Assembly (NCBI RefSeq): GCF_006345805.1
Contig: NC_043003.1
Coordinates: forward strand, 30,380,001 to 30,444,000
Direction: 5' to 3'
Length of the DNA: 64,000 nt
From: Octopus sinensis
Lineage: Eukaryota
The notes under the pieces were generated by a model. The model saw only the letters and a program-made list of their open reading frames with translations. It made no database searches and was not told the DNA's origin. Position numbers and translations under genes: made by a program. This document shows positions 48,748-62,285 of this stretch, piece after piece (the stretch's first letter is position 1; every line of letters starts with the position of its first letter).

Positions 48748-50489
48748 TTGCAAGAAAATGAGGAGTGTGGCATGGGAGGAAGTCCCTCTACGATGTCGAA
48801 AACATGTGAATCCGAATTTTTTTTTTTTTAATTACTGGTTCATAAGTGATAGGGTGGGGCTTGGTCCGATGAAGTACCCATAATAGCTCTTTTTACAACG
48901 CTAGCCGTGCCATAATTTTCCATCAGTAACGTCACCAGGTGTAGTAAGGTCACATGATGAATTACAATTTTCACAGGTGTACATATTTATAATTAGTCGA
49001 CCCCGTGCCAACCACGGATAAATGTTGTCTCCGACATTTCCTAATTGAGTGATAGTCCACGATTCCTCTAAGATTGATTTTTTTAAAATTCTTTTACTAC
49101 TTATCTCCCCTTCAATTTTTATTTACTTTTTTAATCACACCAAACTGAACAATTACCTATTTTACTATCTTTAGTATTTAGTACTGGTCTTTCATCCAAT
49201 ACATTACTCTTTTATCAACGAGAATTATTGGCCTTCCATGTCTCGTACAGTTTACCTCTCCTAAATAAATCGTAAAATGCTCTCCAATGATTAGAGGCGA
49301 GATTTTTCAATACGAACAATGCCACTTCCGGTATATCGCCCTCTTTGAATCTATAAACCTTTTAGATATATTATTCCCTCGTTGAACATATTTACACTGT
49401 TAGTAATATCTAATTAACTCTAATTGAATTGAGGAATTGTACATTAACCAGAAGACGACAATAGAGATATCCTGTAAGAAGTTGTTGAAAGTTCTCATCA
49501 ATCTGTCCTCCTTAATATTCAAGCCTCACTACTTCAGTCCATCTCTCATTATTTCATTGTTATGCAAGTATTATTTATATGGATTTCGCTTATTTCTTGT
49601 ATACAAAATTTCTCTTTTATATTCATTTCTAATACTGCACCATTTCTACTCCCTGAACAATCATATTTTTCTATTCTCTTTTCGTATTTACGCTTCTTCG
49701 ACCTCCCTTCATTAAAAATTTGGAGTCAATCTAGTTTGCAGGAAATATCCTAATTTTTTTCACCCACTCCTCCTTTATCATTTCGATACATATTATTTAC
49801 TCTTGCTTCTTATTAGTGTTGCCCTTTAGAAAATATAGCCTTGCGTCATGCAGAGTTTATTATGGAATAAATAGCAACTTTAAATAAACTCAGTCACGTG
49901 CAACTACGCCAAATATATATTCCACAATATGAAGATGCCTTGCAATATACAGTATTTATAGACAATGGTTTCGCACTTTGTTATAAAACTAATATCTTCA
50001 TAGTATACTTTTTCTATATGTTTGATTCTGTTAATGCATTTGTTCTGCGTCTCTATCGCAAGTGCTTCTTATACAAGGCGAGTCACTACCGCTAACTGGG
50101 TACCGTTACTACTTTGCCACCTCCTCCCCTTATCAAATAGTTCAAGTTGAGACATGATTTGGTCTGCGTTAGCCAAAGTTTCAGTCTCGTTTCTAACAGT
50201 GTTTGCAGCTGGTATCACAAAGTTTGTCTTTTGTGGTATTGAATCGCTATTCTTTTTATGACACTTCTACAAATATGTGGAATAGGACATAGTCCTTGTG
50301 GTTAGTATCTGCTTTATAAGCAGCACAATGCATACATTTCCACTTGGTTTTAGTACAACTACAGTAGGGGATACCAAGTAGCTACCACAACATATATCAT
50401 ATTCAATAACTTTTCCTAATTTAAAAACCAAGGTTTGAGCCGAATGAAGCACTCTACTTTGTATTTGTTATAGTGTAGATGTGTTTCTT

Positions 50490-50765
50490 TGGTTTCAGGT
50501 TCAGTCTCACCGTGTCTTCTATAGTCCCAGGCTGACCAAAGCCTTGTGAGTGGATTTTGTTGAGAGAAACTAAAAAAAGTTCTTCGAGTGTGTGTTAGTG
50601 CCACCGTCATACTAATGGTGCCCTTTGTTTCCAATCTTCCATGAAAACATGTCAGGCCACGAAGAAATATTGACTTGTGTGGAAACAGGTGAGGGTTTTT
50701 ACAGAAAGAGCATTTGCCTCAACAAATTCCATCTGACTTGTGCATGCTTAGAATAGTTGATGATG
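50490..50765 (+). mobile_element. Composite SINE family D in the putative ZNF4 5'-UTR intron
   Basis: ggttcagtctc..ggctgaccaaagccttgtgagtggatttt head and a ttccaatcttccatgaaaaca body ending in tgatgatg. Confidence 0.6.
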
Positions 50766-50879
50766 TTCTACAGAATGTGAGTTATCTGCAAGTACTGTCT
50801 TATTTTGAATGTGCATACCCATCATCCTCATTATCCATTTCTTCAACATCTTTCTCTCTAAATATATTCCATTTTTGTC

Positions 50880-50956
50880 TGTTCTAACACTTCATTGTCC
50901 TTTACGTCATATATTATCTTTCTGTTTCAGGTTATTATCAAATGACATTAAATTGA
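50880..50956 (+). promoter_or_regulatory. Conserved intron end/acceptor (exon starts 50931) and uORF MTLN* (50942-50956)
   Basis: taacacttcattgtcctttacgtc..tctgtttcag|gttattatca aATG ACA TTA AAT TGA; the intron end matches 22726-22771 of ZNF2. Confidence 0.65.
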
Positions 50957-51353
50957 AGATATTTCATTGAACAGCATTAACATATTTATAAACTTTTTGA
51001 AGTTTAAAAATAACTTCAAGCTGATATCAGCCTGTTTCCACAATTCTTTGGATGAATGGATGTGAAATATTTCCCTGCAATTGAGATTATTTTCAAAAGT
51101 TCCCAAAGAAATTCTTAAACTGGAAAATGTGTACAAATTAAACTAGGGAGATTTACCTCAAAGTTTTAATTGTCCTATGTGTAATGACTTTAATAACTGG
51201 GTATCTCATTAAATTTATATAGATTAACAATCCTGTAGTTATTACTATATTATATCAGAAGATATAGTTATATCTTCAAGTTATTTCATAACAGCCAAGA
51301 TATCATCTTTAATAAAGCCTGTGAACGTGCAAAATATAGATTAAAACAAAGTT

Positions 51354-52355
51354 ATGGATGACAAAATACAAGCTGAAGTTATTGATTCATCTTCTCAGAT
51401 ACAGGAAAATACAGAAGAGAAATCTCACCCTAGTGATGTATGTGGGAAGATATTGTCACCAAAAAAGATTTTAATTCAACATAAATTAACTCACTCATCC
51501 TCCAAGCCATACCAGTGTGGAATTTGTGGTAAACAATTCTCCAACAACAATTTGTTAACTCACCACAAACATGTCCACACAAGAGAAAAACTATATCAGT
51601 GTTATATCTGTGATGCAACATTTTCTACAAAGGGTCTCTTGTGTTCTCATTCATGTATACAAAAAGGAGAACGACCACACCGTTGTGACATCTGTGGCAA
51701 AACATATTCTAGAAGTGGACAATTGTCTTCCCATAAATATATCCACACAGGAGAAAGACGACACCATTGTGAAATCTGTGGTGAAACATTTTCTAGAAGT
51801 GCTAATTTGTCTAACCATAAACTAATTCATACAGGAGAAAGACCATACCAGTGTCATATTTGTGGGAAAAAGTTTGCTAGAAATGCTGATTTGTCTTGCC
51901 ACAAACATATTCACACAGGAGAAAGACCATACCACTGTGATATCTGTGGTACAACATTTGCTCAGAGTAGTAGTTTATCTAAACACAAACGTATTCACAC
52001 TGGAGAGAGACCATACCAGTGTGATGTCTGTGATAAAAAATTTAATACAAGTGGTCACTTGTCTACCCACAAACGTACTCACACTGGAGAAAAACCATTC
52101 CACTGTGATATTTGTGGTAAAACATTCACTCGAAGTAGTTCCTTATCTCAACACAAACCTATTCACACAGGAGAGAGACCATACCATTGTGACATTTGTG
52201 GTAAAACATTTTCTACAACTCGGAATTTAACTCGACACAAACGGATTCACATTGGAAAGAAACCATACCACTGTGATATCTGTGATGAAGCATTTTCTAC
52301 AATGGTTCGTTTGTCTTCCCACATACGAATTCACACAGGAGAACAACCATCATAG
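51354..52355 (+). CDS. Poly-C2H2 zinc-finger protein ZNF4, 333 aa: 10 fingers (one ends HSCIQ) plus a first finger lacking Cys1
   Basis: Intact ORF; start context aaagttATGGAT; TGERPY linkers; ends HTGEQPS-TAG. Confidence 0.93.
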   Translation: MDDKIQAEVIDSSSQIQENTEEKSHPSDVCGKILSPKKILIQHKLTHSSSKPYQCGICGKQFSNNNLLTHHKHVHTREKLYQCYICDATFSTKGLLCSHSCIQKGERPHRCDICGKTYSRSGQLSSHKYIHTGERRHHCEICGETFSRSANLSNHKLIHTGERPYQCHICGKKFARNADLSCHKHIHTGERPYHCDICGTTFAQSSSLSKHKRIHTGERPYQCDVCDKKFNTSGHLSTHKRTHTGEKPFHCDICGKTFTRSSSLSQHKPIHTGERPYHCDICGKTFSTTRNLTRHKRIHIGKKPYHCDICDEAFSTMVRLSSHIRIHTGEQPS

Positions 52356-52560
52356 CACTGATATTTGTCGTAAAATATTCTCTCAAAAATATTTATTCTT
52401 CTTGGTATAAACTCACACTGGATAATGGTTAACTACTATAGTATCATATGAAATATTTTCATGAAGTCATTATTTAATTTAATACAAACATATCCATATG
52501 GGAGATAAACTACAGCTCTTTGCTATCAAGAGTAAAAATATTTTCTACAAGTAACATTTT
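52356..52560 (+). pseudogene. Two to three fossil zinc fingers in the ZNF4 3' flank
   Basis: Shifted frames give DICRKIFSQK..THTG, EIFS*SHYLI*YKHIHMGDKL and an aatattttctacaagtaac remnant. Confidence 0.7.
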
Positions 52561-52879
52561 ATAATCATCATCATCGTTTAATGTCCACCTTTCATACTGC
52601 CATGGGTGGGAATAATAAATGAATTTTATGTACATCAGGTTATGGATTTTAATACAGCAAAGTTACCACCACCATCATCATCATTAGTGTTTTTATTACT
52701 ATTTTTCAAAGTTTGTCAAAATATTTTTTTGCAAATATTTTGACATATGTTATGGATTGAGCATAAAATATCCCATTATATTAAAAATGATAAAGACCAA
52801 TGTATTTTTAGTGTTTACCATCATGGAATGTGAATAGTTTAAATGCATAAGAGATGGCTTACAGTGTTAAAAATAATAA

Positions 52880-53045
52880 TAATCGGAAGCATGTGACAGA
52901 CCAAGAGATATATGGATAGACGACGTCAAGGAGTGAATAAGTTACACTGTAATGTCAGTGTAAGATTGGTGTGAGAGGGAATGGAATGGTTATCTGTTTT
53001 TGTTCTGCCATAACTGCCTGACATCCAACAATCAGATGAAGTATA
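52880..53045 (+). mobile_element. Possible RTE LINE 3' remnant
   Basis: RPRDIWIDDVKE* resembles the GRPxxxWxDDIKEW motif near RTE C-termini. Confidence 0.4.
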
Positions 53046-54360
53046 AGGATAACAAACACCATATAATATTAATGTAGTTATTGAGTAACATTGGAGTCAG
53101 CTATGTCATAGAAGCAGTTGGTGAAATTGTGCAAACCACATCTCAGGATGTATGGAGTTCATTCTCCTTACCATCAAATACAGTGGCACTGTTAATATGT
53201 TCTTATGGATTCAAGACTGTAGTTGGTGTATGGCTGTGTATGAAGAACTATGGACAGTAGGTCATTGTGATGACATCTGTAGATGTTATGTATACATTAT
53301 AAAGAGGTGACGTAAATTGTACATGTGCAGGTTGAAAACTTACTAATGAGACTGAAAACTCAAGTACTTCAAGATAACATAACTGTTTATTTCATTAAAT
53401 AAATGTGATATCAGAATATTTATAGTTACCTGTAATAAAGTATCAAATGAAGATATATGCAATTATAACATAATCAAAGCCCTTTCAGTATAATGAACAT
53501 TTCCACTGCGTGTTGGCTTGATAATCATGTCACTGGTTTGTAGTAAAGTAGAGGTAGTATAACATAGACATTACATTAGGAGAAAACCTACCTCTAACTT
53601 ATTAAAATGATGTCAATAAATTCATTATAATTAATTATGAGGTAACTCTATCTTGATTTATTATTCCTGTAGATGGTATTGTAATTGCTTCCAGTTAACA
53701 ATTTATCCAGTATCAGCATTCACATTGCTGAAAAACCTATCAGTATTACAGAAATTACTGCCAAATTTATAGTTATCTTCTTGATCCTATTTTGTTGTAA
53801 GACAGTTTATATAACTTATGTTGTTGGTTTTACCTGTTACTTATTACATACCTGTATAGTTGCTTAGTTTTATTACACAGTAATCTTTAATTGTTAACAT
53901 ACTTGAGATGTTTATTGTTACACACATTCAGTACCAGCATAAAGTCAGTGAAGACTCTGAAATTAAAATCATTGATAAAAGTTGGGTATATATGTAGTGT
54001 TTGTTTGTATATTTATGTTTCTTCCTATATATTTTCTGATGTTGATCTTGCTTCTTTTTGTTATTAACACAAATTATTTGAACTAGAATATCAACGTTCA
54101 AAATTAATATTTTATCACAGGATCTGATAATAGATCCAGTTGTGTTCTAGAACATTTCTAAAGTAATCATGAAGAAATTATGTGTGAATGGTTACCATTA
54201 ACATATTTGAACTTAACATGAAGAAGGCAAGAAGAATGATTAACTTTTTGTATAGTCACCTAATATGAATGGATAATGTCTACTTGGTAATGTGTATGAC
54301 AAATTGAAGTAATCCACCATCATCCTTGAATGTATGGAGATTGGTAGTTACTGCTTGATA

Positions 54361-54888
54361 CTTTTACTCTTTTACTTGTTTCAGTCATTTGACTGCAGCC
54401 ATGCTGGAGCACCACCCTTAGTCGAGCAAATCGACCTAGTACTTATTCCATTGGTCTCTTGCCGAATCGCTAAGTTACGGGGACACAGATAGCAGCATTG
54501 GTTGTCAAGCGATGTTGGGGGGACAAATGCAGACACAAACATATACACACACATACATATATATATATATATTGCGTTTAAATTCCGCTGAGGTTTGCTT
54601 TGCCTTTCATCCTTTTGGGGTCAATAAATTAAGTACCAGTTGCATACTGGGGTTGATCTAATCAATTGGCCCCATCACCCCAAAATTTCAGGCCTTGTGC
54701 CTAGAGTAGAAAATATATATATACACACACACACATATATACGACAGGCTTCTTTCAGTTTCCATCTACCAAATCTACTCACAAGGTTTTAGTAGAAGAC
54801 ACTTGCCCAAGTTGCCACGCCATGGGACTGAACCTAGAACTATTTGGTTGGTAAGCAAGCTACTTACCACACAGCCACTCCTGTGCCT
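54361..54888 (-). mobile_element. tRNA-SINE family A with a nested family C copy (54586-54712)
   Basis: Reverse complement of the family A 3' end at 54361 and of the head (gtaagcaagctacttaccacacagccactcctgtgcc) at 54851-54888. Confidence 0.85.
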
Positions 54889-55199
54889 ATTGATATATAA
54901 AAGGTGAGATGAGAAGCGGGAGATACAGCTAGTTGTTGTAGGCAAGAAAAATTTCAGAGGGGGTAATTTGATCAGAACTAAGGAAGCTGCTAGCTGATAG
55001 ACAAGATGATGCAGTGAAAAATGATGCATTACAGACAACTTGAAACAGCAATGATTCACTCAATTTAAACTATTTCTACCATGACAACTACATCAATTAC
55101 ATTGGCAACAGCTGGATCAAACTCCTCAGTAACTGTTTTTTATCTATCCCAAGTACAAGTGTAAAGTTATACGTACTTTTGCCTTTGTAATTCATTTAC

Positions 55200-56062
55200 A
55201 CAAAAGCAGTTGAACAATTATATCATTTATCAACATAGTCTGTTTGATTTTCATTGCTCTTCTTTCAGTGGTCCAGAAGCTTATTTATTCCATTGGAGAT
55301 TTTCAGCTGGTCGTGCAGCCATTTATGCACTTCTTCCTTTACTTCTTTGTCTAGCAGATCAACAACCTTGTAATGGATGTTTGAGCAGTCCAGAAAAGTA
55401 ATAGTTGAAAGTGGGTGAGACCAGGACTATGCAGGGTGTTCCACTGTGTGGCGTGCATTATCATGCAACAATAACACTTGCTTTGACAATAGACCTTGGC
55501 ATTTGTTTTGAAATACTGGTTTCAGTTTGTTGGCCAGTATTTTGTTGTTGCCTACACTGATGACTATATACCCCCCTTTTCCAAGTATGTTCTAGTATCC
55601 CTTTTGCATCCCAAAAAGTGACTACCATCACTTTTTCTGTGAATGGTTGAATCTTGAATTTCTTTCTCACTAGCAATTTCTGGTTGTTTCCACTTCATAC
55701 TTTGCTCTCTGGATTCTAGCTCAAAATAATGGATCCATTAAACTTCTTGATCCAGTTGTATACACTTCTATGCAGTAGAGCACTATCCCCGCATTGTTCT
55801 GAAAGCCTGCAATGAATTTCAGCCCGACACACCTTCAGACTAGAGAAATCAGATCACTGATCTATTCCTCCTTAGTGCATACTGCGAGTGGAGCAACCAT
55901 GTTTACTCTGTAATACAAGAAAGAAACTGGAGTGATCAAGGTCAAACCTTGGGTATATGTAACCACAAGAATTCGATATTTTAGAATGTGAGTACCAAAG
56001 ACTGTGGCTAATCCAAATACGGTTTTGGCAAAAGTGCAGATAAATTTTTTTACTTCCCCTCA
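55200..56062 (-). mobile_element. Decayed, internally deleted mariner (DD34D-like)
   Basis: KKFKIQPFTEKVMVVTFWDAKGIL, HDNARH, EEVHKWLHDQ; right terminus ttacttcccctca|ta. Confidence 0.7.
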
Positions 56063-57099
56063 TATTTATATCACATCCACTGGTATTGTTGGCAATGTTG
56101 AATCATAAAACGTTACACTAGCTATGAAATTAAAGAAAACATTATTAATTCTGTACAAGAAATATGTAGTTATTGCTTCATAAATTTTTATGGTCCATCT
56201 TCTATGCTGGCATAGGTTGGACAAGTTGATAGGATCCAATGAATCTGAGGATGGTATTGCATTCCAGTGTCTACTTTGGCATAAATTATACAGCTGGATG
56301 TCCTTCCTAACACTCGAAGTTAGTTACTAACTCAATAGAGTTAGTAACTAAAACTTCAGGTTATAATAATTAGTCGGGTCTCAGTCATCTTCATTGCAGT
56401 CAGAACCACACACATTCACTGTTTATATGTCTATTTTACATCTGTTTTCTGTGCTATGGGTTGGATGATTTGACAAGAGCCAATGGGGTGGAGGACCAAA
56501 TCTTGCTCCAATCTCTCAACTTTTGTTTGATTTCTACTACTAGATACCCTTTCTTACATGAGCCACTTTACACAGTGAACAGGGTAGCACTAGTGGAGTC
56601 ACCTTGTAGCTTGCAAGGTGGAAGAGAGTCTTCATGATGGATGGAACAGATATATTTGTTGAGCGAGGATGGTAATGTTTCGATGATTATTAAAAATTTA
56701 CACAATACACTTTAGAATATATGATACTGTCAAAATATGTCAACTGACGATTTATTCTATATATTGGGTCTGATGTATGACCAATATGAGAGAGAATATA
56801 TATAGCATTGAATGTATCAAAAGCTGAATGAAATCCCATTATTCTTAATTTACAATTCTTCAGTTGAGTGATCCAGATGTTTTCTCTCATCATTTTACAT
56901 CTCCTTATCACTATGTACAGAGGAGTATTCATAATGTACAAGTGTCAGTGACTAAAATTCTGATTGGATACAACCACTGTTAAATATTGCTGTAATTATA
57001 CATTGCATAATTACTATTAACCAATATCGAAATATTTCATGGTGAAAAGAAAATAACCAGTTTCTGACATTTTGGTCTCTCAAAGTCCTGCAATGCATG

Positions 57100-58200
57100 C
57101 ATAGTGACAGTTATACAGACTCGACATGTTGCAAGTCAAACTTGCATATTATGCAACAAAGAATTTATTTTAGTGTTGTTTCCATCATCCTAGCATTCAG
57201 TAGAATCCCTTGTGACTGAGCAATCTTATATAAGGAGGGCACTGCTCGTCTAGTTACCAGGAGGTGAATAGAAAAGGTGTTTGGGACACCTTTTCTAATC
57301 CCTCCTGCCCCACATGCTGGTCAGTTTATCAGGACAACTGTTCACTTCAAAGGAGGGAACTTCTGTAGAAACATATATAAGCATAGGCCATGTCTACGTT
57401 TGTTCAAATTCTAATTGGGTCATGGAAATATGAGTGCCATACTACTTTTGTTGTCCCAAAGCTTGACCAATACAAGATCGATATTGCTGCCCTTTTTGAG
57501 ATTTGATTTTTGAGAAAGCCAGCTAATTGAAGTAGGTTATGATTACATTTTCTTTTGTGTTGGTAAGCTGAAAGATGCGAAATGTCTGCATGTGTAGGTT
57601 TTGCAATTGGGAAGAATCCTAGCTAATAGGCTAGATGAGTTGCTATCCATTGTGAGTGACTGTATCATTAAACTCCACTTTCCACTGTCTTTTGAGTGTT
57701 GTGACTTTCTTCTCTCTGTATGTACCAACTATTCACTCAATGAAAGAGATTTTACAATGAAAATCTTAGAAATGCTATCCATTCTGAGTTTGGTGTTTGC
57801 TTATAGACAAGTGGGGGACAACTATAGAGATTTTTTAGCTGTTTCACCTCATCAACAGAATTCAATTGTCTGAAGATTGCAGATGAATGAATTTGCTTTT
57901 ACACAAAGAAAAATAGTTACATGTCTTTTGAACTAAAAATAATTTGCCGAATTGAAATTTAAAGAGTACATATAGTGTTGGCTTCACACTGAAATACAAC
58001 TATTGTGATCTATGATTTGATTTCTTTCTTCATTATTTTCCTTTGATGCCGTTCCATCACACCAGTGTCATTTACACCTGACATCTTACATTGATCCATC
58101 AACATCACATTTCGCTACACATCTTTTGCTTTAGATTGTATAAAAAGGCAAGTATTAAGTTTCTCTATAAGACAGTAATCACAATATTTCTATTTATTCT
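57100..58200 (-). mobile_element. Probable piggyBac-like transposase remnant
   Basis: Ordered but degenerate minus-strand motifs: SVDEVK (about 57850), MDSNSSSLLARIL..TYTC (about 57650-57590), LVKLWDNK (about 57470). Confidence 0.4.
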
Positions 58201-58368
58201 TAAACACAGGAGCCTTATTTTATAGTGTCCATGTAATGTTGGTGGTTTCTCCTTATTCATCAATTTTAGTATCAAAGTGTTGTGATGTTCTCTGGGTGTC
58301 AGTGACAGAATGACCTATTGGGCTGATGCAAGTGACTCTTAAAGAAGTGTATTGTAATTCCTATAAAG

Positions 58369-59520
58369 CAGTAGTTTCCCACACTTTTTTGGACTCCCAG
58401 GTCACATCCCTAGCACTACCTCCAACAAGCAAACATAATCTCTTTCTGATGCAAATTCAAAATAACTGTATTTTGCAAATAAAACTATGTAAATCCATTT
58501 ATTTTGCTTTTTTATTATATGAAACAGTAAACTGACATTTCACCTGTAACTACATTGTTTTCATATTTTCTATGGGATGGATGTGCTTGAGGCAAGGATA
58601 TCAGCTTTTCAACATCAGGCTGATAAGTACTAAGAAGTAATCTTAGATTCTTGCATTCAATAATTTCTGATTCTGTGCTTAGAAAAAAGTTGGATGACTG
58701 CACTGAAGCCTTGCTCTACTAAATATAATATTGAGAAGTACATCTTCACTTTGTTTCATAGTGCAAGAAAGCATCAGGAAGTTTTTCCTAACAAAAATCT
58801 TGATATGATTATTTTTTAACTTTGACCCCAGCTAAAAGTCATTCTGGAGTAAAACCAGTTCTTCCTCCATTGTTCCCATTTCCTCATTACTGATATTGAG
58901 AAATGGATTCAATAGCCAGCCTGGTATTTTAAGAAAAAAAAATTCTGAAATCTATCAGACATATGGTCATCTTTTGTTATGTGATTTTCCTCCTCCAGTT
59001 CAGAAGAACTCATGACAGTTTGTTACATTTGAATAACTGTAACTTGAACAGAAACATGGAGAGGACTGGTTTTTACCTTGATATGGTTAAACCCATATCC
59101 TTGCATTTGCAAATTAACTTCACTGAACATTGTGAATATATCTACCATGTAAGCAATATCATGCTTGATATTTCTTAGTTCATCACAGAGAAAAGAATTA
59201 GAGTCTTCAAAGTATTCAATAGCTGTTTCAAGAACAGAGTATAAATGTCCCGCACAGTTTCCCTTTGGCAGTCATCAAAATTGTGAGAGAACAGATGTTC
59301 AAAATCATAATGATTCTCAGTGCAGAGTTGTTGAAACAGTCAGGAATTGAGAGCATGTACCTTGATTTTATCACTTAGGTTTGTTTGCAACCAGGTGTTG
59401 TCTGTGGATTACACAATGCACCGTAAACACACCAGGTACGATTTCTCATTAAACTGATAACGCCATAACAACCTACCATCAATGGTGCCCCCATCAGTTA
59501 CACAAACAAAAACTGCTGGT
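58369..59520 (-). mobile_element. hAT (Buster/Charlie-type) transposase remnant with one terminus
   Basis: TDG, VPGVFTVHCVIHRQHLVA, KIKVHALNS*LFQQLC, ELRNIKHDIAY, LRLLLSTYQPDVEKLISLPQAHPSH; terminus CAGTAGTTTCCC at 58369. Confidence 0.85.
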
Positions 59521-59682
59521 AAACAGGCTTTCTTTCTCTTTGAAAAAATTTAAACAACTTGAAATACTGACTCCTCTTATATATCTGCTTCTAGTTGTTT
59601 TGCAAATAAATACACTTCAACAAAGTCAAAAAACAAAAAACTCGGAGGGGTAAGGGATTAAATGGTGTTGCTGTGATATATA

Positions 59683-60454
59683 CAGGTTGTGATGGGTATA
59701 TTGTCACCATTTTATATTTCTAATTTTCTGCATGCGCATTGTCTGTTTTTGGTTTTGTCGACTATACAGTATAGTAGGGTCATTTGGGCACCATGACACA
59801 ATTCACTCTGCTAGAAATATGGAAACAATATGCTGTACTGCTTGATATTTGCACTGGAAGCTCCAATACGAACATTTCAGAGTGTTTGGGCATCAGTCTG
59901 AGGATATGTACCAAGAGCGATAAAAATCAAACATCCAGTCGACATCATGGTGCTTGGAATGATCACTAGTGACGGCAACATTATGTCTCCATTCATCTTC
60001 CTACACGGCCACACACTCAACACACAGGCCTACATCAAGTGTTTGGAGGAAGTAGTGCTGCCCTGGATCAAGAGGGTGGCTGCTGGAGGACCCTATGTTT
60101 AACAACAGGACTCTGCACCAGATCACCCCTAACATCTGGCCACCTAACTCCCCAGACTGCAACCCCCTTGATTGTTCTGTGTGGAGCACAGTTGAGTGAG
60201 ACCAATAAAACTCTTTTAACACCAAAAATTGACTGAAGGCAAGGATTACGGCAGCATTCACCAACTTAAACAAGGAGACCGCCCAGAAAAGTTGCAGGAG
60301 ATTCTGAAGTCGTCAGGAGGCTGTGGTTGAAGCCAATGGCGATTTTATTGACTAAATTTACTCTTTAATATTTCAAGATATTTTAATGTAATTTGGGTAA
60401 ATATATCTCTTTCATTTTCGTATAATTTAAATGACAGTTTAGTCACTGCATCCT
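59683..60454 (+). mobile_element. DD37D-type Tc1/mariner deletion derivative
   Basis: KHPVDIMVLGMITSDG, AYIKCLEEVVLPWIKRVAAGGPYV*QQDSAP, IWPPNSPDCNPLD, EAVVEANGDFID*; degenerate TIRs. Confidence 0.8.
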
Positions 60455-60466
60455 ACACACACACAT

Positions 60467-61269
60467 AAGGTGTTCAGGCTAAATTAGACAGTTTGCATAA
60501 AAGGAAAAGAAAACACAATATTGCATCCTAAAATAAAATATTTAAAAAAATAAAAAATATATCAAGTCGATTATGGCTGGGAGATAACAGTTTACTCAAA
60601 GTAGCCTTCCTGAAGATGGTTCTGAAACCTGGTACACACATTCTTCAGTGTTCCTGGAAAGATCTTCAAACACCTCCTTCACTTTGGACACCAGCTTGGC
60701 CTTGGTCTTGCAGGCAGAGTGGCTGTTGTCTTTCTCAACCATACCCTACACATACTAATCCATGGGATTACCATTGGGGGAATTAAAAGGCCAGAAATCG
60801 GGGCTTGTGAAGTTATAAAAATATCCCAACAGTTATCTCGGACTCTTTTCAGAGGTATAAAGGATCTGCTGCTGCCACACATATTGCCTTTCAGCAGCTT
60901 CACACAGTAGCCTTTAAAAGATTTGGAATGGCATGATGTCATCCTCACTGTAGACACACCCAAAGACCAGCACGGTTTGAGGGAACTTGGTTTTATGATG
61001 TACATGTCAAGTCTTACAACCTTTACAGTGTTCACAGAGCACTGAGCAGCAGTTGTGGTGTCAGCATTTTGATACCAGGTATGAATCATCATGATACATG
61101 TAAGTTTTTACCGATATTCATATGGTTTCCAATCCTCCATGTCAGCTGCCTTTTTTTCAACTACACCTTTAATCTTTATGCTCTCCAATGTCATTATCTG
61201 TTCATCAATACATCAAGCTGTTCCTGAAAAAAGATTTGTAAAAATCGTCAAATTAGCCAAAACACCCTG
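60467..61269 (-). mobile_element. Second DD37D-type deletion derivative, opposite orientation
   Basis: TIRs aaggtgttcaggctaaattagac / tcaaattagccaaaacaccctg|ta; minus strand YVWQQ..FTSPDFWPFNSPNGNPMD..VEKD..KEVFEDL. Confidence 0.75.
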
Positions 61270-61904
61270 TACATATATGTATCTCCTTGTCTTGACATTG
61301 GGTGATAGTCATGAACAAGCATCACCATCTTACAAGCAATGCCATGTGCTTCCAATTTTCTGTGTAAACATGTTTAGCCATGGGGAAATATTACCTTGTT
61401 TAGAAACAAGTGAGGGGTAATGATGGGAAGGCAACAGACTAGGAAATCTACCAGAACAAATTCCATCTGATCCATGGAAAATTGGATATTAAAACAACGA
61501 TAATGATAATTTGTTAAAAAGTAGCTAAACTATTGAAATCTGTTTACCGACAGTAGAGATACATTATTATATGAAGCATATGAAACAACAGAAAACTATA
61601 TTACTGACCACAATACTTCCAGATAAAAGTTATTAAGAACATTTGAAGACATACATGTCATGAAAATATTCTATGCTTTTATTTCATTAAGAATGGATAT
61701 TGAACAATTCTATATATTTTCTCATATTTAGTAACAGTTTACCTAAATAGTGTAAAGAAGCTATTGTTATGTGCTAGTAGTTCATCAATTGTGGCTTGAA
61801 TATTATTTAGTGGCATGAGTTTAACATCTTTACACATAGAAAAAATCTATTATCACATCTAGAATATAAAATATATCACAGAAGTATATCATGGATCAGT
61901 TTCA

Positions 61905-62045
61905 CCTATGGCTGTGCGGTTAAGAGGTTTTGCTTCCCAACCACATGGTTTCAGACTCAGTCACACAGGGTGGCACATTGGACAAGTGTCCTCAACTATA
62001 GCCCCAATCTAACCAAATCCTTGTAAGTGAATTTGGTGAACAGAC
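61905..62045 (+). mobile_element. SINE family A 5' fragment
   Basis: tggctgtgcggttaagagg..ccaaccacatggtttcagactcagtc..ttggacaagtgtc..aaccaaatccttgtaagtg. Confidence 0.7.
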
Positions 62046-62285
62046 GTACATACATATGTATGTATGTATATCTGTCTGTCAAATATATGTGTGTGCATTT
62101 TCTGTTAAAATATGATATAATACAAATAAATCAAGTAGTACAGATTTTATCAGACATACATACATGGTGTAATAATTCAGTATTTGCAGGAAGTGCTTTA
62201 CTTCAATAAATATGCACCTGAGTAAACATGTTTGTTGTAATGCTATACAGAAATCACCATTTAAAAAAAATGGTCTTTTAAATAT

